Origin: Spirochaetota bacterium
Lineage (GTDB): Bacteria; Spirochaetota; UBA4802; UBA5550
Direction: 5' to 3'
DNA: 64,000 bases
Assembly: GCA_041753395.1 (NCBI GenBank)
Contig: JBGSUQ010000029.1
Span: 326,706-390,705 of the forward strand
Of the stretch, positions 48,893 through 59,413 are shown one piece after another. A program made the position numbers and the translations under genes. Under the pieces are notes generated by a model. The model was not told the origin of the DNA, did no database searches, and saw nothing but the letters and a program-made list of their open reading frames with translations. Position 1 is the first letter of the stretch; each line of letters opens with the position of its first letter.

Positions 48893-49921
48893 ATGAAGTG
48901 CGATGACATACAACTGCTGCTCGATGAGTACCTGGAGGGGAGCCTTCCTGCCGGGGACGCTGCCCGGGTAAAGGAACATCTGAAGAAATGCGCCGATTGC
49001 CGGGATGAACTGCAGTTTCTTAAGAAATACATGAAGAAAACCGAAACCTTCCCCATGCTAAAGGCGCCGGACGATTTCCTTGAAAAAATTCACCGGAAGA
49101 TCGACGCCCCTGAGCGCGGAACACTTATCGAAAAGCTCTTTTTCCCCCTGAAGATCAAGGTGCCCCTGGAGGTCGCGGCCCTGCTGGCCCTTGCCGTGAC
49201 CGGTTTATTGCTCTTCAAGCCTTTTCAGCCCGAGTTGACCGAATATAAAGCAGAGAAACCGGGCCGGCAGATAGCCATGGAGGATAAAAAATTGCTGCAA
49301 AAGGAGACTGTTGCGTCCCGCAGCGACAGTCTGGCTCCTGTCATGGGGAAAAACCGGGTCAGGGAAAAAGGCATTGATCCGGCGGCAGATAATAAAGTCG
49401 CCGCCTCCCGCATCGAGGACATGGTGGCGTCCGAGAAAAGTGTATCAGAACAGCTGTCGAAGGAAAAAGAAAAATCATCCCGCGGCGAGCAGGCAGAAGT
49501 GACCCTTTATCTGAAACAGAATGTTCTTGCCGGTGCTGAACCTGCTATGGATGATTCAGTCCAGACCCGGGACCAGGACCGCGCCGAGGATTCCAGGACC
49601 GCTACACGCAAGAGCCTTGACTTCGCTAAAAAAGACAAAGCCGTGTCAGAGGGGGCGATGCAATCTGCCCCTTCCGGCACCGTCAGCGGACAGGCCTCGA
49701 TTGACAACATAGCCAGCCTCGCCCGATCGCTGGAAGGCCGGATCATAAAAAAAACGCAGGGCGGGAACCAGGTGATCGTGGAAATCCCCCGCAAAAATTA
49801 CAGCCAGTTTATGAAAGGGCTTCGCGGCAGCTGGAGCGTCCAGAGACAATATCCGGCAGAACTTTCCAGAAAGGCCAGCAAGGCCGAAAAGGTCCAGTTC
49901 AACATCAATCTGCAGAACTGA
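48893..49921 (+). CDS. Anti-sigma factor (zf-HC2 type, single TM)
   Basis: 'LLDEYLEGSLPAGDAARVKEHLKKCADCRDE' (H-x3-C-x2-C). TM 'VAALLALAVTGLLLF'. Start abuts the sigma stop (TGAATG). Confidence 0.8.
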   Translation: MKCDDIQLLLDEYLEGSLPAGDAARVKEHLKKCADCRDELQFLKKYMKKTETFPMLKAPDDFLEKIHRKIDAPERGTLIEKLFFPLKIKVPLEVAALLALAVTGLLLFKPFQPELTEYKAEKPGRQIAMEDKKLLQKETVASRSDSLAPVMGKNRVREKGIDPAADNKVAASRIEDMVASEKSVSEQLSKEKEKSSRGEQAEVTLYLKQNVLAGAEPAMDDSVQTRDQDRAEDSRTATRKSLDFAKKDKAVSEGAMQSAPSGTVSGQASIDNIASLARSLEGRIIKKTQGGNQVIVEIPRKNYSQFMKGLRGSWSVQRQYPAELSRKASKAEKVQFNINLQN

Positions 49922-49922
49922 T

Positions 49923-50369
49923 TCACTGCCGCACCAGCTGATCAAGTATCAGTCCGAAAAACCCGCTGCCTCCCGATTGATAATGCCATCCCAGGTGCGA
50001 CAGGCAGCCTGAACAGATTACATAACACCACCGGAAACCAGGAAACCAGGTATATTCATCAGTGGAGGAACCCATGAGATGGCATCCGCCTGCCCTGGAA
50101 AAACAGCCGATGCGGAAAACCACCCCCCGGGGATTCATGAAGGTATGCTCGTGAGAGCCGTTAATAGCGACACCGGCATCGTCTGATGTTATAGGATTAC
50201 CGCAGGTTTTACAGAGGATATTCTTTTTACTCCCGTCAGTCTCATGATCTGCCACCTCCCTGGTTTCGGTGCCTCCGAGCAGACGTTCATCCGCCTGCTG
50301 CAGCGCCATTAGTGGCACACCAGGACATACATCAGCTTCCCTGTTTTCCCCCGTCAGATCATGTTCCAT
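49923..50369 (-). CDS. Cereblon-type CULT domain protein (Yippee/Mis18/MsrB-like zinc fold)
   Basis: 'CKTCGNPIT...NPRGVVF...YTWFPGFRWCYVICSGCLSHLGWHY' parallels the human CRBN CULT domain 'NPHGYVHE...[25 protein letters not shown]' (CxxC...CxxC plus three Trp). The start is uncertain: the track start at 50486 is TTG, and ATGs lie at 50369 and 50309. Confidence 0.6.
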   Translation of the reverse strand: MEHDLTGENREADVCPGVPLMALQQADERLLGGTETREVADHETDGSKKNILCKTCGNPITSDDAGVAINGSHEHTFMNPRGVVFRIGCFSRAGGCHLMGSSTDEYTWFPGFRWCYVICSGCLSHLGWHYQSGGSGFFGLILDQLVRQ

Positions 50370-50630
50370 GACAATAATATAGCGACCGTACTCCCATATG
50401 TCAATTATATCATTATACCCACTGATCCTTCGGGGGATGGGAAGAGGATTTTTGCATTGTTCGAAATGATAACAAGTGAAGAACAATTACTTCGTGCCCC
50501 CTCAGGGGGACAGGGGGATCATAAAAATCGCATGCTGTTAAAACTCTTGACATTTCGGTTCACGGGTATAGTAAGTATCTTTTGGCCTAATCCCCATGCC
50601 GTGATCAACCATGATAAGAGGAATATCCTC

Positions 50631-52334
50631 ATGAAACCAGCCCAACTCCCGATCAGCAGGATCATTGCCGCGGCAATACTCATCACGTCGATAGCCTACG
50701 GGATTTTCTATTTCAATTATTTTGAAACGCCCTCAGGGGACTATATGAGCAACATCAGAGTGCCGGTCCTGGAATACATGAAAGGCAACTTCCCCGGCGA
50801 AAACTACAAGTTTCTGCCGCTCTACCCCCTCCTCCTCTCACTGCTGACCGGATTGAATCCCGTTACAACGGCTGATCCAGTGTATCATACCGCCATAGTC
50901 CTCAACATGGTCCTGCTGGTGCCGTACCTTGTCCTTGTCTTCCTGGTATACCGGCGGTTCCTTTCAGAAAAAGCGTCACTGGCGGCGATTCTCTTTCTGG
51001 GCGTCAACCTGTACACGGTATACATGACCATAAACTCCGAATTGGAGATGACCCTCTCCCTGCTCACCGTCCTCTCCCTTTTCCTTACCTTGCGCGACTC
51101 AAAGACTTCCTATGGGACGGCATTTTTTGCCGCCCTCACCAAGTGGGACGCGGTATTCATCGTCCCGGCCGTTATGTTCAGGGACTTCTTTTTCAAAAAG
51201 AAATGGCTGATGGCCATCATTCTGGGGGCATGCGCCTCCGCCGGCACGGCGGCCTGGCTCCTCCTCAGCATAATCAACACCAGGGGGCAGACCTACGTGA
51301 GCGAGATCGCCCACCGCGGGCCGAACATCTACCGCTTCATCATTGACTGCTTTCTGGTAACCGGTGGCTTCATCCAGTGGACGGTAACGCACGCATGGTT
51401 TCATGACAGCCGGGCCGTGAAACTGTCCCTGCTGGCCCTGGTAGTCATCCCCGGACTTGTCACGTTAGCCGGCGTTATCTGGGGAATCATTCTTATCTGG
51501 AAACAAAAAAGAAAAGACTTCGCGCCGATATTCGTCTTCTTCGCCGGCTTTCTCCTCATCCACATGGTCTACCAGAACACAAAGGACCGCTACGTCATGC
51601 CGATACTCTGGATCCTGACGCTCTTTCTCTTCTACGGCATATCGGAAGGGATGACGCCCTGGCTCAGGGAGAAATGGTACGGACTTTCATCGCGGGCGCA
51701 GGCTGCCGCCGGGACACTTCTGGCAGCAGCGGCATTGATTATATTCGCTATCTCCTTTGGGGCGATCGCGCGTGACAACACGGCACTCCACTGTGTCTTT
51801 GCAGCTATTTTCACGGGACTCATGGCGGCAATCATTTTCCTCGGGAAGGAGAAAAAAATCACACTCAATAATACCGTACTCATCCTTGCCTGCGGCGTCC
51901 TCATCAATTTGATGGTCTATTACGGCGTGCGTGCCATGGACCATCACAGCCTGTCCCGCGTGGAATTCAAGAAGGCCGCCCTCTGGTACCGCGACCATGC
52001 CACGACCTCGGATAAAATGCTAATATCGGAAACGAATGTACCTAAATATTTTTCAGGCTTCGGTGATGATAAATACATCATCTCCTACATTATAAAAGGG
52101 CGCACCATCAAAGAGCTCGTTCCGGAGCTTGCAGCTCTGAAAGCAACCTACGTCTTCGTTGACGATTTCTACATACGGCGGCTTCCCCTCAAGGATCCCA
52201 ATGCCATTGACCGTAAAGCGTGGATTTTCAAAGAAATCAGGGATAGGGGCGAAGCAACGGGCCATTTCAAGCTGATCAGAACATTCCATACAAAAGGCGA
52301 CATTACGAGCTACCTGTACCGCTTCATTCCGTAG
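50631..52334 (+). CDS. Polytopic membrane protein, putative GT-C-fold glycosyltransferase (ArnT/PMT-like) or related envelope polymer enzyme
   Basis: Start refined to 'MKPAQLPISRIIAAAILI' with AAGAGGA SD. More than 10 TM helices plus C-terminal soluble domain. Family assignment by topology only. Confidence 0.5.
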   Translation: MKPAQLPISRIIAAAILITSIAYGIFYFNYFETPSGDYMSNIRVPVLEYMKGNFPGENYKFLPLYPLLLSLLTGLNPVTTADPVYHTAIVLNMVLLVPYLVLVFLVYRRFLSEKASLAAILFLGVNLYTVYMTINSELEMTLSLLTVLSLFLTLRDSKTSYGTAFFAALTKWDAVFIVPAVMFRDFFFKKKWLMAIILGACASAGTAAWLLLSIINTRGQTYVSEIAHRGPNIYRFIIDCFLVTGGFIQWTVTHAWFHDSRAVKLSLLALVVIPGLVTLAGVIWGIILIWKQKRKDFAPIFVFFAGFLLIHMVYQNTKDRYVMPILWILTLFLFYGISEGMTPWLREKWYGLSSRAQAAAGTLLAAAALIIFAISFGAIARDNTALHCVFAAIFTGLMAAIIFLGKEKKITLNNTVLILACGVLINLMVYYGVRAMDHHSLSRVEFKKAALWYRDHATTSDKMLISETNVPKYFSGFGDDKYIISYIIKGRTIKELVPELAALKATYVFVDDFYIRRLPLKDPNAIDRKAWIFKEIRDRGEATGHFKLIRTFHTKGDITSYLYRFIP

Positions 52335-52516
52335 CCATTTACGGTCGTAGCTCTTAGGGGGCACCGGCCACGGCAAGGCAGTCAATTTTTTCCTTGACGG
52401 ATGTTTACTTCACAGGGGAAGGTTACAGGAAAGCCGGGGACCCTGGAGACTCGGACCCCGGTCGGGTAACTTTGTAATGAGCAGCCATACGACTTGCAGA
52501 GAGGAATAACACTGAA

Positions 52517-53701
52517 ATGGGCATGAGTTATCAAAACCTGTCGATAGTAGCGATACGGGCACTGCAGAGAAACAAGATGAGAACGCTTCTCACCTGCCTG
52601 GGTATTATCATCGGCGTCCTCTCGGTAATACTGCTTATCGGGGTCAGCAACAGCATGCGGGTCGCCGTGCGGGAAAAAATCCAGAGCTTCGGCAGCAACT
52701 CCATCATGATGGTGGCTTTCAAAAAACCGTTCAACGATAATGACCTGACAGACATCAGGGACAACATCCCCGACATTCAGTACCTGACCCCGATGAACAA
52801 CTGGGAGTTCTTCGTAAAATATAAAAACAAAAACCTGAACCGGCAGATATACGGTGTCAACAATGATTATTTCAAAATGGGTAGCTGGGAGCTCGAAAGC
52901 GGCAGCTTTTTTTCCGAAGAAGAGATAAAATCTTACAATAAAGTCGTCGTTATCGGCAGCAGCATAAAAAAAACATTCTTTGAAAATGAGGATCCTCTGG
53001 GCAAGGTCATCCTCATTAACCGGATACCCTTCAGAATAGTCGGCTGCCTGAAGGAAAGGGGGATGTCCCTTGGCGGCAAGGATTTTGATGATTTCATCGT
53101 CTGCCCCTATACGACCCTGTCGAACAAACTGATCGGCATTAAGAGCTTTATCGTTATCAACATGGCCACCTTTAACGAGTCCCAGGTGGATGACGTCAAG
53201 CAGGAACTGCTGCTATTGATGCAGAGAAAGTACAACCTGACGACGGAGCAGCTCCTGGAATATAAAATATCATCCAGCAAGGAAGTAATGCAGAAGACTG
53301 AAGAAATATCGGGCTACATTTCGATCGCAACAATAGCAATAGCCTTCATTTCCCTCATCGTCGGCGGAATCGGGATCATGAACATCATGCTCGCTTCGGT
53401 GAGCGAACGCACCCATGAAATCGGCATACGCATGGCCATCGGCGCGAAAAACGGCGACATCCTCATGCAGTTCCTCATCGAGGCGCTCATCATAAGCTCC
53501 CTCGGTGGAATTACCGGGATAGTCATCGGAGTAACAACATACATACTGTATACCTTTATCTCTAACCAACCCTTCATCCTATCATTGTTCTCAATAATCG
53601 GATCCTTATTATCTGCAACCTTCGTCGGAATAGTGTCCGGATATTATCCCGCGAAAAAAGCGTCCAGCCTCAATCCGATTGACGCGCTCCGTTACGAATA
53701 A
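52517..53701 (+). CDS. ABC transporter permease of the FtsX/MacB family (no cognate ATPase gene adjacent)
   Basis: N-terminal TM plus large periplasmic domain. C-terminal FtsX block 'SERTHEIGIRMAIGAKNGDILMQFLIEALIIS'. GAGAGG SD. Confidence 0.85.
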   Translation: MGMSYQNLSIVAIRALQRNKMRTLLTCLGIIIGVLSVILLIGVSNSMRVAVREKIQSFGSNSIMMVAFKKPFNDNDLTDIRDNIPDIQYLTPMNNWEFFVKYKNKNLNRQIYGVNNDYFKMGSWELESGSFFSEEEIKSYNKVVVIGSSIKKTFFENEDPLGKVILINRIPFRIVGCLKERGMSLGGKDFDDFIVCPYTTLSNKLIGIKSFIVINMATFNESQVDDVKQELLLLMQRKYNLTTEQLLEYKISSSKEVMQKTEEISGYISIATIAIAFISLIVGGIGIMNIMLASVSERTHEIGIRMAIGAKNGDILMQFLIEALIISSLGGITGIVIGVTTYILYTFISNQPFILSLFSIIGSLLSATFVGIVSGYYPAKKASSLNPIDALRYE

Positions 53702-53952
53702 CGTCCAATCGCTGTTGCATTAATGATACAACTGTATTCTTTTCGCGATAAGCTCCGCCCCGGACAAAAAAAAATAAAATACATAATCCTTGACAGAGTC
53801 AATTTATGAATTTATTCTGACGGGGTGTGTGAGTCATCTTGCGGATTTTTTTCCGGCTTCCAGCAGCCAATCGATCGTCACCAATCCATCGGCATGGAGG
53901 GAAACCACTGCAGCCGAGCAATCACCAGGCTGTATAAAAAGAAAAATGGATT

Positions 53953-55161
53953 ATGCCAGTTATGAAAAAAACGAAGAAGATACGGGTGGCGCTTTTCGCT
54001 GATGTTTTAAAAGAGAACCTTGACGGCGTGACCTACACGCTTTATAATATTATCGAGAGGATACCCAGAGATAAATTTGATTTTCTTTTCATAACACCGT
54101 ATCCGCCGACTGATATCGCCAGATTTCCTTTTCCGGTCATCGTGTGCCGGTATATAAAAATGCCCCTCTACGGCGCCTATCCCCTCGCCTTTCCCTACTT
54201 TGACAAGAACCTTGAAAACGCCCTTGAGCAATTCAAACCGGACCTGGTGCATTTTACCACTCCTTCAATTCTTGGCCGCTATGCGCGCAGCTATGCGAAA
54301 AAACACAACCTGCCCCTGGTAAGCATGTATCACACACACTTTCCCATTTATGTGGACTACTATTTCAAGTACCTTCCCTTTCTTAGATTTCTGAAGTATA
54401 TAGTGCCGGTGATACTCAGGTTCTATTACAACAGGTGCGACCTGGTATATGTGCCCACGAAACCGGTGCTTGAGGACCTCGTCAAGTTCGGTATCGAACG
54501 CAGCCGCATGATGATTTGGGCCCGGGGCATTGACATGACCATGTTCAATCCCAAGAAACGCGATAACAAGTATATCGACGATCTGTGCGGAAAAGGGACG
54601 GTCCGGATCCTCTTTGTCAGCAGGCTTTTCTGGGTCAAGGAGATAACGACCATCATCGGCATATATGAGAAACTCAGCACGACCCATCCCACTGTGAAGA
54701 TGGTCATCACCGGAGACGGACCGCAGCAGAAATACATGATGAAGCGCATGCCGAATGCGGTGTTTACGGGCAAGCTAATCAACGGCGACCTGCACAGGAT
54801 CTACGCATCCTGCGACATTTTCCTGTTCCCGTCAATTACAGAGACGTTCGGAAATGTCAACCTGGAAGCGCTGGCTTCGGGAATCCCGGTGGTGGCCGCC
54901 GCCAAAGGCGGGCAATGCGGTATCGTCAAAGAAGGTGAAACCGGTTTCCTGATCCAGCCTAAAAATATTGATGCTTTCTGCGAAAAGCTCGTCTACCTTA
55001 TAAACAATCCGGTTGAATTGAAGCGCATGAGCAAAAACGCTGTGGAATACGCACGAAAGCAGAAATGGGACACCCTGTGCGAGAAATTATTCAAGTCATA
55101 CGAGAAGGTTATCATTGAGAACAAAAAAGAACTTGAGGGACTGAATGAAGCTGCCGTCTGA
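53953..55161 (+). CDS. Glycosyltransferase family 4 (GT-B, retaining)
   Basis: 'FGNVNLEALASGIPVVAAAKGGQCGIVKEGETGFLIQP' (E-x7-E GT4 signature). Confidence 0.85.
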   Translation: MPVMKKTKKIRVALFADVLKENLDGVTYTLYNIIERIPRDKFDFLFITPYPPTDIARFPFPVIVCRYIKMPLYGAYPLAFPYFDKNLENALEQFKPDLVHFTTPSILGRYARSYAKKHNLPLVSMYHTHFPIYVDYYFKYLPFLRFLKYIVPVILRFYYNRCDLVYVPTKPVLEDLVKFGIERSRMMIWARGIDMTMFNPKKRDNKYIDDLCGKGTVRILFVSRLFWVKEITTIIGIYEKLSTTHPTVKMVITGDGPQQKYMMKRMPNAVFTGKLINGDLHRIYASCDIFLFPSITETFGNVNLEALASGIPVVAAAKGGQCGIVKEGETGFLIQPKNIDAFCEKLVYLINNPVELKRMSKNAVEYARKQKWDTLCEKLFKSYEKVIIENKKELEGLNEAAV

Positions 55162-56218
55162 TCTGGCTGAGACACCGGCCCCGAAGAAAAGCAAGGTCCA
55201 GTATATACTCAGGGCCGCCGGCCTCCTCCTCGGGATTTTCCTCATCTACTGGTTCGCGTCCCGGTCAAACCTGACGGGAATATGGGACCAGTTGAAGCTC
55301 GTCAATATCCGGTTTCTTCTGCTGATCGCGGTCACCTTCATCGCATATTTCATGGTTACCCTGGCCTGGCGACTATCCTTCTACCGGTTTCCGGGGGATA
55401 TCTCGACGGCCATGCTTTTTATCATACGCCAGATCGGCGAAAGCCTTGCCCAGATCAACCCCACCAATGTTATTGCCGGCGAGGCGCTTAAGGCCATACT
55501 CTTAAAAAGAAAGAATATCCCTTACAAGGACAGCATCGTATCCCTTACCATTTCCCGATTCCTTGTCCTCTTCTCGGCGCTGGCCCTCATCATGATCGGG
55601 GTATACCTGTTTTTTGATCAGCTCAAGTTCATGGCCGGCACCGTATCACTGGTTGTCATGATCGCGCTGATGTTCGCCCTGCTGATGTTCCTCCTCTACC
55701 GTCTCGGCAGCGGAAAGGGCATCCTGTCGATGCCGGTCAAGCTGCTCGCACTTGTTAACCGGCGGTTCCCCCATCTGAAGAGTATCCCTGGATCCATCGA
55801 AAAAATGAATGAAGCCGACGAAGAACTGATCGACTTTTATAAAACGAAAAAAATAAATTTTATCATTGCCTTCGCACTGTCATTCGCAAGCTGGCTGATG
55901 GGCGCCTCGGAATTTTACGTGATCCTCTACCTGCTCGGCCTGCAGGCCTCGTTCCTGTCATGCATCGCCATCGAGGTGGGAGTCATGGTATTCAAGGGAC
56001 TGGGAGCCTTCGTGCCGGGACAGATCGGCATCGAGGAATACGCCAGCAAGATGATGCTTGAATTCGTACAGGTGCCCGGATCCGGCGTCTGGGTCACGGT
56101 TTCGATACTGCGGCGGGCGCGCCAGCTATTCTGGATCGGCGTCGGGTTTGTCGCCTTCCTCATCATCATTCGGAGTACCGGAGGATCGAAAGATGGAAAT
56201 TCTGTTTATAACTCATAA
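55145..56218 (+). CDS. Flippase-like membrane protein of the lysylphosphatidylglycerol-synthase-TM (UPF0104) family
   Basis: About 8 TM helices. N-terminal basic stretch followed by 'LLGIFLIYWF'. This family is commonly encoded next to glycosyltransferases. Assignment moderately confident. Confidence 0.55.
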   Translation: MKLPSDLAETPAPKKSKVQYILRAAGLLLGIFLIYWFASRSNLTGIWDQLKLVNIRFLLLIAVTFIAYFMVTLAWRLSFYRFPGDISTAMLFIIRQIGESLAQINPTNVIAGEALKAILLKRKNIPYKDSIVSLTISRFLVLFSALALIMIGVYLFFDQLKFMAGTVSLVVMIALMFALLMFLLYRLGSGKGILSMPVKLLALVNRRFPHLKSIPGSIEKMNEADEELIDFYKTKKINFIIAFALSFASWLMGASEFYVILYLLGLQASFLSCIAIEVGVMVFKGLGAFVPGQIGIEEYASKMMLEFVQVPGSGVWVTVSILRRARQLFWIGVGFVAFLIIIRSTGGSKDGNSVYNS

Positions 56219-57461
56219 GTATCCGCCTTCCGTCGGAGGGATGGAAAAACAGAGTTATGAGCTTATCAACGGCGTGGCAAAAACGCACAAGGTACACACC
56301 CTGATATACGACAACCGTTCGAGCAGGGTCAGGTTCATCCTTACCGTACCGATGAAGGTGAAAAAAATATTAAGGGAAAACCCCAACATTTCCATCATTC
56401 ATCTCAATGACGGCCTGATGGGCTTCTGCGGCAGCTTCATTAAGAGGATCACCTCCATTCCGGTGCTGATGACGCTTCACGGCCTTGATATCGTCCTGCC
56501 CAGCAAGTTCTACCAGAGTTATGTGGTGAACAGGTTCAAGAAAGTGGACGGCGTTATTGCCGTAAGCCAGGCGACGGCTCAGGAATGCATCAAGCGGGGG
56601 TTTGAGCGCGACAAGGTCTACGTGGTGCGCAACGGTGTTGATACGGACATGTCCCTCATCAGTAAAAAGGCGGGTTTCCGTAAAACCCTGGAAAACAAGC
56701 TGGGCATACCGCTCCATGACAAAAAAATCCTCGTATCCATCGGCCGGAGCGTGCGGCGGAAAGGTTTCTCATGGTTCATGACAAGGATACTGCCCCAGCT
56801 TGACCCTTCTATCATTTACCTGATCGTCGGGCCTACCGACCCGAACATCCGGCGGACCAATTTTTTTCTGAACCTCCTGCCGAAGCGCCTCGCACATATC
56901 CTCGTGCTGGCGCTGGGTCTGGGCCTGGATGAAATCGATGTCCAGGAGGCCCTCGGGCGGGAAGAGATCAAAGGAAGGGCCTTCTATCTCGGCAAGCAGC
57001 CCTTCGAGGACATGGTGCAGATCCTCAAGCATTCCGACATGTTCGTGATGCCCAATATAAAAGTAATGGGAGACGCCGAAGGCTTTGGCCTCGTGGCGCT
57101 GGAAGCGTCAGTGAACGGCACCCCGGTGATCGCATCCTCACTCGAGGGTATAACCTGCGCCGTCATCGATGGCAAAAACGGATTCCTGGTCCCGCCGCAA
57201 AATGAAGCGGCATGGATCGAAAAAATTCATTCCATATTATCCGATACCAGCCACCTCAAAGATTTCGGCGAGAACGCAAAGCTGTTCACCATCACGAATT
57301 TCGCATGGAAAAAAATGGTGGAAGGCTATTTGACGGTTTTTAAAAAATACCATTACCAGCAGCTTTACCAGAAGAACAAGCTAGCGTCTTCGGACTCAAA
57401 CCGCAACCCGGGACTATCCGGACCCATGGTGCTTGACAACTATTACAAAAATAACGCGTGA
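56193..57461 (+). CDS. Glycosyltransferase family 4
   Basis: Start refined to 'MEILFITHKYPPSVGGME' with GGAGGA SD. 'EGFGLVALEASVNGTPVIASSLEGITCAVIDGKNGFLVPP'. Confidence 0.85.
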   Translation: MEILFITHKYPPSVGGMEKQSYELINGVAKTHKVHTLIYDNRSSRVRFILTVPMKVKKILRENPNISIIHLNDGLMGFCGSFIKRITSIPVLMTLHGLDIVLPSKFYQSYVVNRFKKVDGVIAVSQATAQECIKRGFERDKVYVVRNGVDTDMSLISKKAGFRKTLENKLGIPLHDKKILVSIGRSVRRKGFSWFMTRILPQLDPSIIYLIVGPTDPNIRRTNFFLNLLPKRLAHILVLALGLGLDEIDVQEALGREEIKGRAFYLGKQPFEDMVQILKHSDMFVMPNIKVMGDAEGFGLVALEASVNGTPVIASSLEGITCAVIDGKNGFLVPPQNEAAWIEKIHSILSDTSHLKDFGENAKLFTITNFAWKKMVEGYLTVFKKYHYQQLYQKNKLASSDSNRNPGLSGPMVLDNYYKNNA

Positions 57462-57469
57462 GAGAAACC

Positions 57470-59413
57470 ATGCTGCAGCTATTAAAAAAACTATCAGGCC
57501 ACAGGGCTTTCTATTCCGCAATAATCATCCTCATTATTATCTTCACCCTGATGCGCCTCGTCCATATCAATGCCGACGCCCCGCAGGACCTTACAATGTC
57601 GGCAGCGACATATACCGATGAAGGATTCAAAACCTATGACGCCCGCAACCAGGTCCTGTTCGGCGACTGGAAATGGACCCCCGAAGATGAATACGAAGGG
57701 TGGAACGTAAAAAGCCCACTGACAGTGCTGCCCCATGCCTGGATATTCAGGCATTTCGGCGTCAGCTACGCTTCGATACGCGTACTGTCGGTGCTCTATG
57801 CAACTGCCACGATGGCGCTTCTCTTTTTGTTCCTGGTGCGCAATTACGACCGTCTTACCGCACTTACCGGCCTGGTCCTGTTCGGTATAAATTACTTCGC
57901 CGCGATGTTCAACAGGCTCGGTATGTACGAATCGCACCTGATCTTCTACATAATGGTATCTATCCTGGGGTTTTCCGAGTGTTTCAGGCCCTTCAGGGAT
58001 CGCCGGGATTCGGAAAGCGATACGTCCCATACCATGAAAAAATCGATCTACCGCGCTGCATTCTTCATGATCGGTTTCCTCGGTTTCGCCGCAGGCTTCT
58101 TTGTGAAGCGGAACCTGCTTATCATCGTGCCGGCAATGGCCCCGGCAGTCATCCTGTACATCTGCAATCGTTATAAAGCATCAGTGCGCCTGATGAATAT
58201 CGCCCTGATGCTCTACATCGCAGCTTTCGCGATCATATATATACCTTTCGCGCACATGGATATATTAAAGGTAAAACTTGCGTTCCTCTTGATGTCGTTC
58301 AAAGTATTCGGCCAGCCATTATCAGCCTTTTTACCCTTCACGGCCTTTGATCCGCTGCAGAACGTCCTGGCAAAGGGAATTTATATGGAATTCATTTTTC
58401 TCCATCCCTTTACCTTTTTCACCGGCATCCTGTTTTCCCTGCACGCCATATATCGTTATATCTACGGCGGCCGGCGCAATACTGCCGACCTCTTTCTCGC
58501 CTGCTGGCTTCTGTTCGGATTGCTGTTTACAACCGTTATGTATTACAGCCCGTCACGCTATTATCTTCTCATGGTTATTCCCCTGGTCGCCCTGGCTTCA
58601 AGGGCCATTGCAGATCCCGAGGATGATGGTGCCGCGGCTTACTTCACGGAAAAAAAGCGCTTCCCGCACAATCTTGGTTTTTACGTCTTTATTATCTTTA
58701 CCTTGCTCTACACGGGCATCGTTCTGCTTGTGCACATGATCCCCCAGACTCTGAAAAACCGCCTGGTGGAAAAGTTTTACCCGGCAATCATGAAAGGTGA
58801 TTTTTCCAGCATTGCCATTATCATGGCCGCGGTTGGCATCCTGTGGCTTGCCTGCATCATCACAACCGTGCTGATGCGGAAACGCCTCATCGGCTTAATG
58901 AAAAACCCGAAATTTCCGTCGATCATTCTCAGCGTTATCATGGCGCTGCAGCTCTTCCAGTACGGCAAATGGTTCCTGTTCCATGAACACACGCTCCATA
59001 CGGCCTCCCGGGAGCTTGGCCGCGAACTGCCGCCCAATGCCATTCTGGCCGGCAGCTGGTCCGCCGGACTTGTCGTTGAAAACAACGCACGGGCCATAAT
59101 AATCCAGTCGCTGATTCCCTATAACTACAAGCTGATAAATAAAATCCTTTACGATATTGATATATCCGTGAACAACCTGAAAAATGGGGAAAAAGTCACA
59201 GGGAACGAAAACGGCATCCCACTCTATCTGGCGGTTTGCAGAAATGTTATCTTTGAAAAAGCGATAACCGAGGTATACCGCGATCAACTCCGTACGGAAA
59301 ACTTGATTAAGACCATACAATTTGGTTACTTTAAGGTGGAGATATTCAAACTGACCAAGCACCATGTGGAAACAGAAAATGTGGTTCAATCGCTCTTCAA
59401 CAGGTTTCTATAG
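57470..59413 (+). CDS. GT-C-fold membrane glycosyltransferase (ArnT/PMT/GT39-83-like)
   Basis: More than 12 TM helices. N-terminal loop with 'DEGF' motif typical of GT-C lipid-linked sugar transferases. Start chosen at ATG 57470; the track start at 57458 is GTG. Confidence 0.6.
   Translation: MLQLLKKLSGHRAFYSAIIILIIIFTLMRLVHINADAPQDLTMSAATYTDEGFKTYDARNQVLFGDWKWTPEDEYEGWNVKSPLTVLPHAWIFRHFGVSYASIRVLSVLYATATMALLFLFLVRNYDRLTALTGLVLFGINYFAAMFNRLGMYESHLIFYIMVSILGFSECFRPFRDRRDSESDTSHTMKKSIYRAAFFMIGFLGFAAGFFVKRNLLIIVPAMAPAVILYICNRYKASVRLMNIALMLYIAAFAIIYIPFAHMDILKVKLAFLLMSFKVFGQPLSAFLPFTAFDPLQNVLAKGIYMEFIFLHPFTFFTGILFSLHAIYRYIYGGRRNTADLFLACWLLFGLLFTTVMYYSPSRYYLLMVIPLVALASRAIADPEDDGAAAYFTEKKRFPHNLGFYVFIIFTLLYTGIVLLVHMIPQTLKNRLVEKFYPAIMKGDFSSIAIIMAAVGILWLACIITTVLMRKRLIGLMKNPKFPSIILSVIMALQLFQYGKWFLFHEHTLHTASRELGRELPPNAILAGSWSAGLVVENNARAIIIQSLIPYNYKLINKILYDIDISVNNLKNGEKVTGNENGIPLYLAVCRNVIFEKAITEVYRDQLRTENLIKTIQFGYFKVEIFKLTKHHVETENVVQSLFNRFL

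Noticed and set aside
50361-50630. N-terminal 90-codon extension of the 50361-52334 ORF, overlapping the CULT gene
   Set aside because: The extension lacks an RBS and any hydrophobic or motif content. A strong AAGAGGA-ATG start at 50631 begins a typical TM helix. I treat the extension as non-coding read-through.
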